A stretch of DNA of 64,000 nt from Parcubacteria group bacterium (GCA_012798235.1 JAAZNP010000004.1:2171-66170), one strand, 5' to 3'; shown: positions 19,299 to 28,586, counted from the stretch's first letter. Notes: generated from the sequence alone by a model not told the origin. Program-made: numbers and translations.

Positions 19299-20021
19299 AT
19301 GATTTCAAGAAAACTTTTCTGGCGTGATCTAAAGTTATTTTTGAGAATTTTTTTAATTCTTTTTGCTGTGATTTTTTTTATTTTTGATGGCACGGCTTTT
19401 GGGGCTATTGCAACTTATAAAATTAGTCATTTTTTTAATTTAGCTAAAACCAAAATTTTCGAGCCTCCTAATTTAAACATTTTTTCAGAAAGTGCCACCA
19501 CAACACTTTCTCAAGGCAGCCCCAATACTACTACTACTAAAACCACTACTTCTTTACCCACCCCTCCTTCAGAATTACAAAATACCAATTTAATTGTTTT
19601 GCCAAAATTCAATATTAAGGCACCCATCTGGGTTGTTAATACTATTGATTTAAAATTAATTTATAAAAAATTAAAAGAAGGGGTTGTTTTATATCCGGGT
19701 ACGGCCATTCCAGGTCAAGGATATTCCATTATTATTGGCCATTCTTCGCAATATCCCTGGCAGCCCGGTCGTTATAAATCAGTTTTTTCTTTGCTATCAC
19801 AATTAGAAGCTGGTGATAAGATTTATATTTATTGGGATCAAAAACCATTAGTTTTTGAGGTTCAAGAAACAAAAATTTTCTTACCCTTTCCTAAAGGTAA
19901 CGAAACTACGGAGACAGTTTTCCCTCCTGAAGAGCAGCCGATTTTAATTTTACAAAGTTGCTGGCCTGTAGGCGTAGCTTATAAAAGAGTAGCTGTGAAG
20001 ACTGTATTAATTAACCAGTAA
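19299..20021 (+). CDS. Sortase family transpeptidase
   Basis: N-terminal TM. The conserved His (IIIGHSS), the TLxTC-like active-site Cys (ILILQSCWP) and a downstream Arg are all present. Confidence 0.7.
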   Translation: MISRKLFWRDLKLFLRIFLILFAVIFFIFDGTAFGAIATYKISHFFNLAKTKIFEPPNLNIFSESATTTLSQGSPNTTTTKTTTSLPTPPSELQNTNLIVLPKFNIKAPIWVVNTIDLKLIYKKLKEGVVLYPGTAIPGQGYSIIIGHSSQYPWQPGRYKSVFSLLSQLEAGDKIYIYWDQKPLVFEVQETKIFLPFPKGNETTETVFPPEEQPILILQSCWPVGVAYKRVAVKTVLINQ

Positions 20022-20041
20022 ATCCCGCGCCTTTGAATTAC

Positions 20042-20092
20042 CTCTCTTGTATTAATATCAAAGGTGCGGGATAAAAGGCTTGAGAGAAAAAT
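20042..20092. terminator. Long imperfect hairpin (15-bp stem) downstream of the sortase
   Basis: atcccgcgcctttga...tcaaaggtgcgggat. Confidence 0.4.
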
Positions 20093-20140
20093 ATCTTGAG
20101 ATAATCTCATTTTTCTGCTATATTACAGTTAGTTTTTATT

Positions 20141-20214
20141 GGCGTCATCGTCTAGCCTGGTTAGGACACGGGGCCTTCAATCCCGTAACATGGTTTCAAA
20201 TCCCATTGACGCCA
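20141..20214 (+). tRNA. tRNA-Glu (anticodon TTC). Position 33 reads C, which is unusual.
   Basis: The acceptor is GGCGTCA/TGACGCC and the anticodon arm CGGGG-CCTTCAA-TCCCG, aligned by eye to canonical tRNA-Glu. Confidence 0.6.
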
Positions 20215-20218
20215 CCTT

Positions 20219-20279
20219 TCGCTTGGAAAGCACTGGACTTTACCTAAAAAGATGAAATCTTGTGCTTTCCAAGTGAGGG
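20219..20279. repeat. Miniature member (~61 bp) of the TIR-repeat family, immediately 3' of tRNA-Glu
   Basis: cgCTTGGAAAGCAC...GTGCTTTCCAAGTGAGGG. It has a 12-bp perfect inverted repeat, and its terminus CTTTCCAAGTGAGGG matches the family end motif. Confidence 0.6.
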
Positions 20280-20293
20280 AACTACTATTTATT

Positions 20294-21394
20294 ATGATAA
20301 TTTTGGGAATTGAAACATCGTGTGATGAAACTTCAATTGCGATATTAGAGGCCAAAAAAGAAAAGGCCTATTTTTTTATTAAACCAATAGCGAGCGTTGT
20401 ATCTAGCCAAATCAAAATTCATGCCCCTTATGGTGGCGTCGTGCCTATGTTAGCTTCAAGAGAGCATACTAAAAATTTGCCTTTAGTTTTTCGCAAAGTT
20501 GTTCAAGATTCTTTTGATGTTAAAAAAATTAAACAAAAAATAGATTTAATTGCCGTTACGAGCGGCCCTGGTTTAATGCCTGCTTTATTGACCGGAGTTA
20601 ATTTTGCTAAAACTTTAGCCTGGAGTTGGCGCAAACCAATTATTGGAGTGAATCATTTAGAGGGTCATTTATTGAGTGTTTTCTTGCCAGAAAAAAATAA
20701 AATTTCTTTATTGCCTTTTCAAGAACTTCAGAAAATTTTTCCAGCAATAGCCCTAATTGTTTCTGGAGGGCACACTCAATTAATTTATGTTAAAAACATT
20801 GGTCATTATCAGATAATTGGCGAAACCCTTGATGACGCTGCTGGCGAATGCTTTGATAAAGGAGCAAGAATTTTAGGCCTGGGATATCCTGGTGGACCAG
20901 CGATTGCCAAAGAGGCAGAAAAATACAGAATACAGAATACAGAATACAGAATACAAAAACTTCCTCGCCCCATGATTGATTCCAAAAATTACGATTTTTC
21001 CTTTTCCGGCTTAAAAACAGCACTGTTATATGCTTGGCAAAAAACAAATAAAAAAGAAAGAAAAAGATTAATGTCCCAATTTGCCTTTGAATTAGAAGAA
21101 TCTATTACTGATGTTTTAGTTCATAAGACTTTACAAGCAGCTAATGACTTTAAAGTGAAATCTATTATTCTTGGCGGTGGCGTGACTGCTAATCAGAAAT
21201 TAAGATTAAAGATGCAAGAAACAATCGCACAACAAAAAAATCCTTTTAATTTTTATTTTCCTTTGCTACAATATACAACAGATAATGCGATGATGATTTG
21301 TTTGGAAGCATTTTTCAATATCAGCAATAAAAAATTAAACTATAAAAATTTAAACTGGGAAAAAATTAATGCTGATGCCAATTGGCGTTTGTGA
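20294..21394 (+). CDS. tsaD: tRNA N6-adenosine threonylcarbamoyltransferase TsaD
   Basis: MIILGIETSCDETSIAIL... and FSFSGLKTA are present. The start is assigned to the internal ATG. Confidence 0.85.
   Translation: MIILGIETSCDETSIAILEAKKEKAYFFIKPIASVVSSQIKIHAPYGGVVPMLASREHTKNLPLVFRKVVQDSFDVKKIKQKIDLIAVTSGPGLMPALLTGVNFAKTLAWSWRKPIIGVNHLEGHLLSVFLPEKNKISLLPFQELQKIFPAIALIVSGGHTQLIYVKNIGHYQIIGETLDDAAGECFDKGARILGLGYPGGPAIAKEAEKYRIQNTEYRIQKLPRPMIDSKNYDFSFSGLKTALLYAWQKTNKKERKRLMSQFAFELEESITDVLVHKTLQAANDFKVKSIILGGGVTANQKLRLKMQETIAQQKNPFNFYFPLLQYTTDNAMMICLEAFFNISNKKLNYKNLNWEKINADANWRL
20924..20958 (+). repeat. Heptanucleotide microsatellite (ATACAGA)x4 plus one degenerate unit inside tsaD, encoding YRIQNTEYRIQ
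   Basis: aaatacagaatacagaatacagaatacagaatacaaaa. Confidence 0.85.
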
Positions 21395-21395
21395 T

Positions 21396-23582
21396 ATGAG
21401 AAAAAATCTATCTAAAACTTACGAACACCAAAAAACAGAAAAGAAAATTTATCACCTTTGGGAAAAATCTGGTTTTTTTAATCCGGATAAACTTCAAACC
21501 AAAGGGCCTCCTTTTACTATTATTATGCCGCCGCCTAATGCGAATGATCCTTTACATATTGGACATGCTGTTTTTGTGACTTTGGAAGATTTATTAATAA
21601 GATATCATCGCATGAAAGGAGATAAAGCTTTATGGTTACCGGGTACCGATCATGCGGGTTTTGAAACACAGGTAGTGTTTGAAAAAAAATTAGCTCAAGA
21701 AGGGAAAAGTCGCTTTTCTTTTACTCGAGATGAATTTTATCGTTTGGTTTGGGAATATACTCAGAAAAATAAAAAAATCGTTAAGGAACAATTAAAAAAA
21801 TTAGGCGCTTCTTGTGACTGGTCGCGAGAAAAATTTACCTTAGATAAGAAAATTATTAAAGTAGTTTATGAAACTTTTGCCTCTTTATGGAAGGATGGTT
21901 TATTATATCGCGGCCAAAGAATTGTTAATTATTGCCCTAAACATCAAACCGCTTTTTCAGAATTAGAAGTAAAATATCAAGAAGAAAAAGCGAAATTATA
22001 TTATGTCCAATATTGTTTTCGGAATAATCCCCAGAAATCTATTACTGTAGCTACGACGAGGCCGGAGACTATTCCTGGCGATGTGGCTATTGCAGTTAAC
22101 CCCCAAGATGAAAGATACAAATCTCTTATTGGCGAATTAGTAATAGAGCCTATTACTAAAAGAGAAATACCAATTATTGCTGATCCGCGAGTAGAAATAG
22201 ATTTTGGCACCGGCGCCTTAAAAATTACTCCGGCCCATGATGCTACTGATTTTGAAATTGGGAAAGACCATAATTTAGAAATTCGCCAAACATTAAACTT
22301 CGACGGCCGATTTAATAAATTATCCGGACCCTTAAATGGTTTAAAAGTAAATGAGGCTCGTCTTCAATCTATCGAGATTTTAAAAAATAATAAAGCCCTT
22401 ATAAAAGAAGAAGATTATACTCATGAAGTTGGTCATTGTTATAAATGCGGCACTATTATTGAACCGATGATCATGGACCAATGGTTTATTGATGTGAATA
22501 AAAAATTTGGTAAACGCAACAAATCTTTAAAAGAATTAGCTATTGAAGCGATTAAAACTAAAAAGATTAAAATTATTCCTAGTAATTTTGAAAAAGTATT
22601 TTATTACTGGATGGAAAATTTAAAGGATTGGAATATTTCGCGACAAATTTATTGGGGAATTAGGATCCCTGTTTGGTATTGCCAGGAACAGAAAAATGAA
22701 ATTTGTAAAAGTAAAAAGGGCATTATTGTGGCAACCAAAAGAACTCCTTTAAAATGTCCTTATTGCGGCAGCACTAAACTTATGCAGGACCCTGATGTTT
22801 TAGATACCTGGTTTTCTTCAGGACAGTGGCCTTTTGCTACTTTAATGGCGAATAAAACGACTGATTTAAAAAATTATTATCCCACAAGCGTGATGGAAAC
22901 TGGTTGGGATATTCTTTTCTTTTGGGTAGCGCGGATGATTATGTTAGGTCTTTATCGTTTGCAGCAAGTACCTTTTAAGATTGTGTATTTGCATGGTTTA
23001 GTACGTGATAAAGATAGGCAAAAAATGTCTAAATCAAAAGGCAATGCTATTGATCCCTTGGCAGTCACTGATCTTTATGGGGCTGACGCTTTGAGAATGG
23101 CTTTAGTTATTGGTAATAGCCCTGGACAAGATATTATTATTTCTGAAGAAAAAATAAGAGGTTATCGCAATTTTAGTAATAAAATTTGGAATGCTAGTCG
23201 TTTTGTTTTAATGAGTTTAGAAGGATTTAATGGCAAAAAACCAAAATTAACTTCTTCTGATAAAAAACTTTTAGATGATTTTGAAAAAATTAAGGAAAAA
23301 ATTACTCGCTATTTAGATAATTATCGTTTTTCTTTAGCCGGAGAGACGCTTTACCATTATTTTTGGCACACTTTTGCTGATAAAATTATTGAAGAAATGA
23401 AAATAAGAATCAGGGAAAAGAACAATGAAAAGGCAGCGCAATATATTTTATTAACGATTTTATCCGATTGTTTAAAAATGCTTCATCCTTTTATGCCCTT
23501 TATTACTGAAGCAATTTGGCAACAATTTAATAAATATCACTCTAAGAAGGAAAAACTTTTAATGATTAGTTTATGGCCATAG
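21396..23582 (+). CDS. valS: Valyl-tRNA synthetase (short form lacking the C-terminal coiled coil)
   Basis: HIGH (PLHIGHA), KMSKS (KMSKSKGN) and the ValRS-specific WLPGTDHAGFETQ are present. The start is set at MRKNLSKTYE. Confidence 0.85.
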   Translation: MRKNLSKTYEHQKTEKKIYHLWEKSGFFNPDKLQTKGPPFTIIMPPPNANDPLHIGHAVFVTLEDLLIRYHRMKGDKALWLPGTDHAGFETQVVFEKKLAQEGKSRFSFTRDEFYRLVWEYTQKNKKIVKEQLKKLGASCDWSREKFTLDKKIIKVVYETFASLWKDGLLYRGQRIVNYCPKHQTAFSELEVKYQEEKAKLYYVQYCFRNNPQKSITVATTRPETIPGDVAIAVNPQDERYKSLIGELVIEPITKREIPIIADPRVEIDFGTGALKITPAHDATDFEIGKDHNLEIRQTLNFDGRFNKLSGPLNGLKVNEARLQSIEILKNNKALIKEEDYTHEVGHCYKCGTIIEPMIMDQWFIDVNKKFGKRNKSLKELAIEAIKTKKIKIIPSNFEKVFYYWMENLKDWNISRQIYWGIRIPVWYCQEQKNEICKSKKGIIVATKRTPLKCPYCGSTKLMQDPDVLDTWFSSGQWPFATLMANKTTDLKNYYPTSVMETGWDILFFWVARMIMLGLYRLQQVPFKIVYLHGLVRDKDRQKMSKSKGNAIDPLAVTDLYGADALRMALVIGNSPGQDIIISEEKIRGYRNFSNKIWNASRFVLMSLEGFNGKKPKLTSSDKKLLDDFEKIKEKITRYLDNYRFSLAGETLYHYFWHTFADKIIEEMKIRIREKNNEKAAQYILLTILSDCLKMLHPFMPFITEAIWQQFNKYHSKKEKLLMISLWP

Positions 23583-24286
23583 TTTTTACTATTAGCAGTA
23601 TTTTAGGTGTCGTGCCTATTGCTTTATGGTTGATGTTTTTCTTATGGCAAGATATTAAAAAGCCCGAACCATTAAAATGGCTTTTGATTTTATTTGGTGT
23701 CGGTATTTTAATTACTCCGCTTGTTTGGTATGGCGAAGGATTATTAATGAAAGTTTTAAAAATTGATTTGAATACCAACCTTTCATTATCAAGCGTTATT
23801 ACTGTGTATAGTGGCATTGCTATTATTGAAGAATTAACTAAATTTTTTAGCGCCTCCTTGGTTTTAAAGAAAAACAAGTATTTCGATGAAGCGATTGATG
23901 TAATGATTTATTTAATTATCCTAGCTTTGGGTTTTGGTTTGGTAGAAAATATTTTAGCTGCCAGTCAAGAAATCAATGAAGGCAATTTACTATTATCAGT
24001 ACTACAAACAATGAGTTTAAGATTCGTAGGAGCTAATTTGCTACACGCCCTTTCCAGCGGAATAATTGGTTATTTCTGGGCCCTAAAATTAATGCTCAAA
24101 AAAAATTATTTTCTCTACGAAGGATTAATTTTAGGCATTCTCTTGCACGCTGTCTTTAATATTGCTATTATTAAATTTGGCGGCCCAGCCGTATTTTTCG
24201 TTAGTTTGGGATTATTTTTAACAGCAATTTTTCTTCTTTGGGCATTCGATTCCTTAAAGACAATTAAAAAACCAATAAAATATTAA
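23573..24286 (+). CDS. PrsW-family intramembrane metalloprotease-like protein
   Basis: Polytopic protein carrying the PrsW motifs EELTKF (EExxK), LLHALSSG (FxxxH-like) and LHAVFN (HxxxN). Confidence 0.55.
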   Translation: MAIVFTISSILGVVPIALWLMFFLWQDIKKPEPLKWLLILFGVGILITPLVWYGEGLLMKVLKIDLNTNLSLSSVITVYSGIAIIEELTKFFSASLVLKKNKYFDEAIDVMIYLIILALGFGLVENILAASQEINEGNLLLSVLQTMSLRFVGANLLHALSSGIIGYFWALKLMLKKNYFLYEGLILGILLHAVFNIAIIKFGGPAVFFVSLGLFLTAIFLLWAFDSLKTIKKPIKY

Positions 24287-24291
24287 ATTAT

Positions 24292-24684
24292 ATGGCAGAA
24301 AAAAAGAAATCTTTAAAAATTAATAATAATGCTTCTTGGCCCTCCTCAGTTGAAGAAGGGGAATTAGCTATTGATTTATACGAAACTAAAGATAGTTTAG
24401 TGCTCCAAGCAGTTATTGGCGGAATGAAAGCTGATGACTTAGATATTTCTATCACTAATGATATGATTACTATTCGGGGCGAAAGGCAAAGAGAAGAAAG
24501 TGGTCAGATTGATAAATTTTATTACGACGAATGTTTTTGGGGAGCTTTTTCTCGCTCTTTAGTTTTACCGCAAGAAGTAGATGCTGATAAAGCCAAAGCC
24601 ACCATTAAAAACGGCCTCCTCACAATAGTTTTGCCTAAATTAGAAAAGACCAAAAAGAAAACTCTGCAAATTGAAGAAAAATAA
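24292..24684 (+). CDS. Hsp20/alpha-crystallin family small heat-shock protein
   Basis: The ACD domain GLLTIVLPK is present. 130 aa. Confidence 0.8.
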   Translation: MAEKKKSLKINNNASWPSSVEEGELAIDLYETKDSLVLQAVIGGMKADDLDISITNDMITIRGERQREESGQIDKFYYDECFWGAFSRSLVLPQEVDADKAKATIKNGLLTIVLPKLEKTKKKTLQIEEK

Positions 24685-24691
24685 GAGAGGG

Positions 24692-24773
24692 GCCGATGTG
24701 GTGAAATTGGTAAACACGCGAGGTTTAGGACCTCGTGCCGCAAGGCTTGAAGGTTCGAGTCCTTCCATCGGCA
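24692..24773 (+). tRNA. tRNA-Leu (anticodon TAG), long variable arm
   Basis: The acceptor is GCCGATG/CATCGGC, the anticodon loop TTTAGGA and the variable arm GCCGCAAGGC. Confidence 0.7.
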
Positions 24774-24802
24774 CGTTAACTTTGACAGTATAGATTATAA
24801 TA

Positions 24803-24834
24803 AAAAACTCTCTCTTAAATAAGAGAGAGTTTTA
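24803..24834. terminator. Bidirectional rho-independent terminator
   Basis: aaaaaactctctcttaaataagagagagtttta. Confidence 0.75.
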
Positions 24835-24851
24835 AGTTAGAGAAAGTATTT

Positions 24852-25205
24852 TTAGAAGAATTTGCATTGCGCCCCCTTACCAAATAAGACACAGATCAAG
24901 TACACCAATCCTCGAGCTAATAAAGCAATGCCAACGCCAATTAAAGCATAAATGAGCATATTTAATGCACTCTTTACTTTTTCTTCATTGCCAGCAGAAG
25001 TTACATAAGTAAAACCAGCAGCAATCAGCATAATTACAGCAATTAAAAGCACGATACCAAAAAACCAATTGGTAATAGTTTTAATAACACCATTTGTTCC
25101 CCAAGGATCGATTTCAATCCAAGGCGCTTCCGGCGGTTGGGCTAAGGCTAATAGTGCTCCAGAAAGAAGCGTAATTAATGAAATAGTTAAAATTAGTTTT
25201 TTCAT
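24852..25205 (-). CDS. Pilin-like two-helix protein, paralog 1 (TrbC/VirB2-like core; short C-terminal tail)
   Basis: A signal peptide precedes the conserved core WFFGIVLLIAVIMLIAAGFTYVTSAGNEEKVKSA..LIYALIGVGIALLARG, shared with the three upstream paralogs. Confidence 0.55.
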   Translation of the reverse strand: MKKLILTISLITLLSGALLALAQPPEAPWIEIDPWGTNGVIKTITNWFFGIVLLIAVIMLIAAGFTYVTSAGNEEKVKSALNMLIYALIGVGIALLARGLVYLICVLFGKGAQCKFF

Positions 25206-25296
25206 AATGATAATTTTATTTTAAGCTATCGACCTTATTGACTCTTTATTAATTATATAGATTTAATCAGTAAAAAGTCAAATTATTTTAGTTATT

Positions 25297-25857
25297 TTAA
25301 ACAAAATTAAAATATTTAGTTCCGCCACCTCCACCAGCGCCGCAGCATAATTCTCTACAAGTTATAGATAAAGAATCGCACCAATCTTCTAAAGACGGAG
25401 AACCGCTAGTGCAATCGCAAATTTTACTCAAATTAGGTATATTTTCTTGTGCTTGCTCGACAATGACATCGACGATATTTTGATTTGCTTCATTATAATT
25501 ATAAGAAGAGGTGCTGGTAGTTTTTCCTTGAAGAAAATTTTGAACAAACGTCGGGATACCTCGAGCTAATAAAGCGATAGCCACACCAATTAAAGCAAAA
25601 ATAATAGTTTTGGAAGCAATTCTAATTTTATCTTCATTTCCACCGGCAGTAATATAAGTAAAACCAGCATAAATAAGCATAATGACAGCTATAGTCAAAG
25701 CAATGCCAAAAAACCAATTTAAGGCATTTTCTAAAATAGTCCAAATACTAATATTACTCGTATCGGGAATTTTAGGCATAGTTGCTGGAGGCGCTGCCCA
25801 AGTCACAGGAAAAGAAATAAAGAGAAAAATAAAGATCAAGAAAATAATTTGTTTCAT
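25297..25857 (-). CDS. Pilin-like two-helix protein, paralog 2, with a Cys/Gly-rich C-terminal tail
   Basis: Same core (WFFGIALTIAVIMLIYAGFTYITAGGNEDKIR). The tail reads CDCTSGSPSLEDWCDSLSITCRELCCGAGGGGG. Confidence 0.55.
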   Translation of the reverse strand: MKQIIFLIFIFLFISFPVTWAAPPATMPKIPDTSNISIWTILENALNWFFGIALTIAVIMLIYAGFTYITAGGNEDKIRIASKTIIFALIGVAIALLARGIPTFVQNFLQGKTTSTSSYNYNEANQNIVDVIVEQAQENIPNLSKICDCTSGSPSLEDWCDSLSITCRELCCGAGGGGGTKYFNFV

Positions 25858-25875
25858 AATATTAACATTAATAAT

Positions 25876-26355
25876 TTATGGGGAAATACATTGACCTCCG
25901 CAGCAAACTAAACCATTATCACATGGGCCAAGAATTTGGTCAGAGCACTCCGATTCACTACAACAATTGCCACCGCTATTAGCGCATGTCTCAGAATTAC
26001 TGGTATTCTTATTAATTCCTAAAAATTCTTTGATTAAAGCCGGGACTGCTCGGGCAATTAAAACAATGGCAAAACCAATAATTGCCCAAATCAATACCTT
26101 TTGCGCGGTTTTCACTTTTTCTTCATTGCCGCCAGCAGTAATATACAAAAATCCAGCATAAACAATAATAATAGGAGTGACAACAATAGCGACTCCAATT
26201 AAGAAATTAGTAATTTTTTCAATTAAGGTATAAATATCAGACGTTTCGCCTAAAGGATTAGGGATGGTTATTTCAGTGGTTTTATCTTCAGCAAAAGTTA
26301 TTGCAGTTAAACTAATGAGAAATATTAAAACCAAGATAAATATTTTTTGTTTCAT
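25876..26355 (-). CDS. Pilin-like two-helix protein, paralog 3, with a Cys-rich tail
   Basis: Core IIVYAGFLYITAGGNEEKVKTA. The tail reads CANSGGNCCSESECSDQILGPCDNGLVCCGGQC. Confidence 0.55.
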   Translation of the reverse strand: MKQKIFILVLIFLISLTAITFAEDKTTEITIPNPLGETSDIYTLIEKITNFLIGVAIVVTPIIIVYAGFLYITAGGNEEKVKTAQKVLIWAIIGFAIVLIARAVPALIKEFLGINKNTSNSETCANSGGNCCSESECSDQILGPCDNGLVCCGGQCISP

Positions 26356-26405
26356 AGATTTTTATTTTATTATTAGGCTCAATATTAAAAATTTATTATA
26401 CTAAG

Positions 26406-27302
26406 TTATTTACATGCATTTGGGTCGCTAGGATCGCATTCATTGGGGCAAGGTGGACATAAATGGTTATTACCCGTGGCACAGTAAGTTTCGAATTGTT
26501 TGGTGTTACAGTTTTTAACCGTTCTACACACAGTATAATTTTCACAATAAACCATGAGTTGTCCGCCTTCACACGGTCCGCCCTGGTTTGGGGGTTCTGG
26601 ATTTTTAGGTTCTGCTATAATCTTTGAAGGATCTGCTGGAACACAGCAAATAGTACCCTCGGGGCAATGTGTAATATTGGGATCAGTTAGAACCACTGTG
26701 GCAGCATCACAATTAGGATTCCAATTTAACCAACCTTCCATTTTTTCTACACAAGCATAACCCGTCATATCACCGCACCAATTTTCTGAAGAACCACCAT
26801 TGTAGTTACCTCCACCATTATAGTTACCACCACCATTATAGTTACCACCATCAATATTGTTACCACCATTACTATAACTTATCTTTTTTTCTTCACATTT
26901 TAATTGCCACCAAGTGCCAGTATAATCAGAACCACCAATCTGAGCCACTAGCCAAAAAACAGTATTTACAATTAACCACGAGCAAAGAATAATCGCTAAG
27001 CCAATTAAGGCACTAGCCAAACCTTTTTGACCAGCTTGAATATTAGCTTCATTGCCGCCAGAAAAAATCCAACGAAAGCCACCAACAATAGCAAAGATCA
27101 CGACAATCGTAAAAGCCAGAGTTAAGGCATAATGCAAAACATTTTCAAATAAAACTAATAAATCACAGGTAGTACAGGGATCTTCATCAGGGCCACCACA
27201 AGATACTAATCCTTTCGCCCCAGTTGTGAACGGAAGCAAGAAAATGAACAAGAAAAAAATTACAATTAATTTTTTCATTGATTTTTTGTTTGTTGATACC
27301 AA
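26406..27302 (-). CDS. Pilin-like two-helix protein, paralog 4, with a long (GGNYN)n and Cys-rich tail
   Basis: Divergent core VVIFAIVGGFRWIFSGGNEANIQAG. The tail has an NGGGNYNGGGNYNGG repeat and ~20 Cys. It overlaps the upstream gene by 28 nt. Confidence 0.5.
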   Translation of the reverse strand: MVSTNKKSMKKLIVIFFLFIFLLPFTTGAKGLVSCGGPDEDPCTTCDLLVLFENVLHYALTLAFTIVVIFAIVGGFRWIFSGGNEANIQAGQKGLASALIGLAIILCSWLIVNTVFWLVAQIGGSDYTGTWWQLKCEEKKISYSNGGNNIDGGNYNGGGNYNGGGNYNGGSSENWCGDMTGYACVEKMEGWLNWNPNCDAATVVLTDPNITHCPEGTICCVPADPSKIIAEPKNPEPPNQGGPCEGGQLMVYCENYTVCRTVKNCNTKQFETYCATGNNHLCPPCPNECDPSDPNACK

Positions 27303-28582
27303 TTTAATTCAATACTTTTGGCTGCATTAATAGCAGCTTCTTTGGCTTTTATATTACCAAGAATTACATCATTCACCATTTTACTAAAAATATTATCAAT
27401 TTGATGATTATCAAATTGATACCAACTGCGGCTGGTTAAAATTTGACTAGCAAAAATACCAACTTGGGGATCGTTCATGGCTTGAGTGACTAGATCTAAT
27501 CTAGCAGGAGGATTTTTGGTTTGAGCAAAATAATATTGAGCAATCCCTTTACTGGCTAAAAATTTAAGAAATTGCCAAGCTTGCTGTTGATGAGAAGAAC
27601 GATTAAAGATAACGGCATTCATTGTTTTACCAAAATTTACTTGAGGAATTTCTCCGGAAATAAAAGGGAAAACAGTGACACCATATCTTAAATCAGGAGC
27701 GTAAGATTTAATTATTTGCCTTGCTTGACTATAACCAATCATCATTACTGTTTTTCCTTGAGAAAAAGCAATAATAGAGTTAGGAAAACTATTGCCCCAG
27801 GTGTAATAAGGAGATTTTATTTGAGCAAATTGGGAGTATTCATTTAAGGCTTCTTCGCCATAGAGTACAGAAGTAGTAGGTATTGGCTCATCAAAAAGCA
27901 CTTCCTTCTCATTTTTATTAACCATTTTACATCCCAATTGCATCATAATTTCTGATAAAATATCATTACCCCACGTGATGTTATCGTAGGTTCCTAAAGC
28001 AATAGCCGCTCGCGTTATTTGGCCCGTGGCATTAGTTTTTCTGAGTTTGGGAACTAATTTTAAAATTTCATACCAATTATCAGGTGGCAAAGGAATTTTA
28101 TAATAATCAAAAATATCCTTATTGTAATATAAAGCTAAAGTGTCAATGGATAAAGGAATACCTAAGAGGGAATTATTATCAATTAATTCATTTTGAACAA
28201 TTTGAGGATAAGTTTCTTGGATTGAACGCAGATTATAATCTTTATCTTTAGTTAAATCTAAAGCTGCTATTTTATCCTGGTAACGCGGTAACCAAGAACC
28301 AGGAATAATAAAGATATCCGGACCTTGGTTTTTAGCAAAAGCTGCTAATAATTCATTTTCATAACTGCCGGCTTCTTTTTGCGTGTATTTAATTTGGATG
28401 TTTTTATATTGTTGTCGATAAGAATTGATAATGCTATCGAAAACTTGGGGGCTATCATTAACGCCCCAAATTTCTAAAGTAATTACTTGGCGCGATGGCC
28501 TTTTAAGAATAGTGCTTAAAATGAAGAAAAGAATAATGAAGCCTAAAACCGAAAAGAGAATTATTTTTTGACGTGAAGACAT
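27275..28582 (-). CDS. Extracellular solute-binding protein family 1-like lipoprotein or TM-anchored protein. It is an orphan: no ABC permease is adjacent.
   Basis: An N-terminal TM is followed by a SBP_bac_1-like fold, recognised by eye (MalE-type periplasmic binding protein features). Confidence 0.5.
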   Translation of the reverse strand: MSSRQKIILFSVLGFIILFFILSTILKRPSRQVITLEIWGVNDSPQVFDSIINSYRQQYKNIQIKYTQKEAGSYENELLAAFAKNQGPDIFIIPGSWLPRYQDKIAALDLTKDKDYNLRSIQETYPQIVQNELIDNNSLLGIPLSIDTLALYYNKDIFDYYKIPLPPDNWYEILKLVPKLRKTNATGQITRAAIALGTYDNITWGNDILSEIMMQLGCKMVNKNEKEVLFDEPIPTTSVLYGEEALNEYSQFAQIKSPYYTWGNSFPNSIIAFSQGKTVMMIGYSQARQIIKSYAPDLRYGVTVFPFISGEIPQVNFGKTMNAVIFNRSSHQQQAWQFLKFLASKGIAQYYFAQTKNPPARLDLVTQAMNDPQVGIFASQILTSRSWYQFDNHQIDNIFSKMVNDVILGNIKAKEAAINAAKSIELNWYQQTKNQ

Positions 28583-28586
28583 ATTT

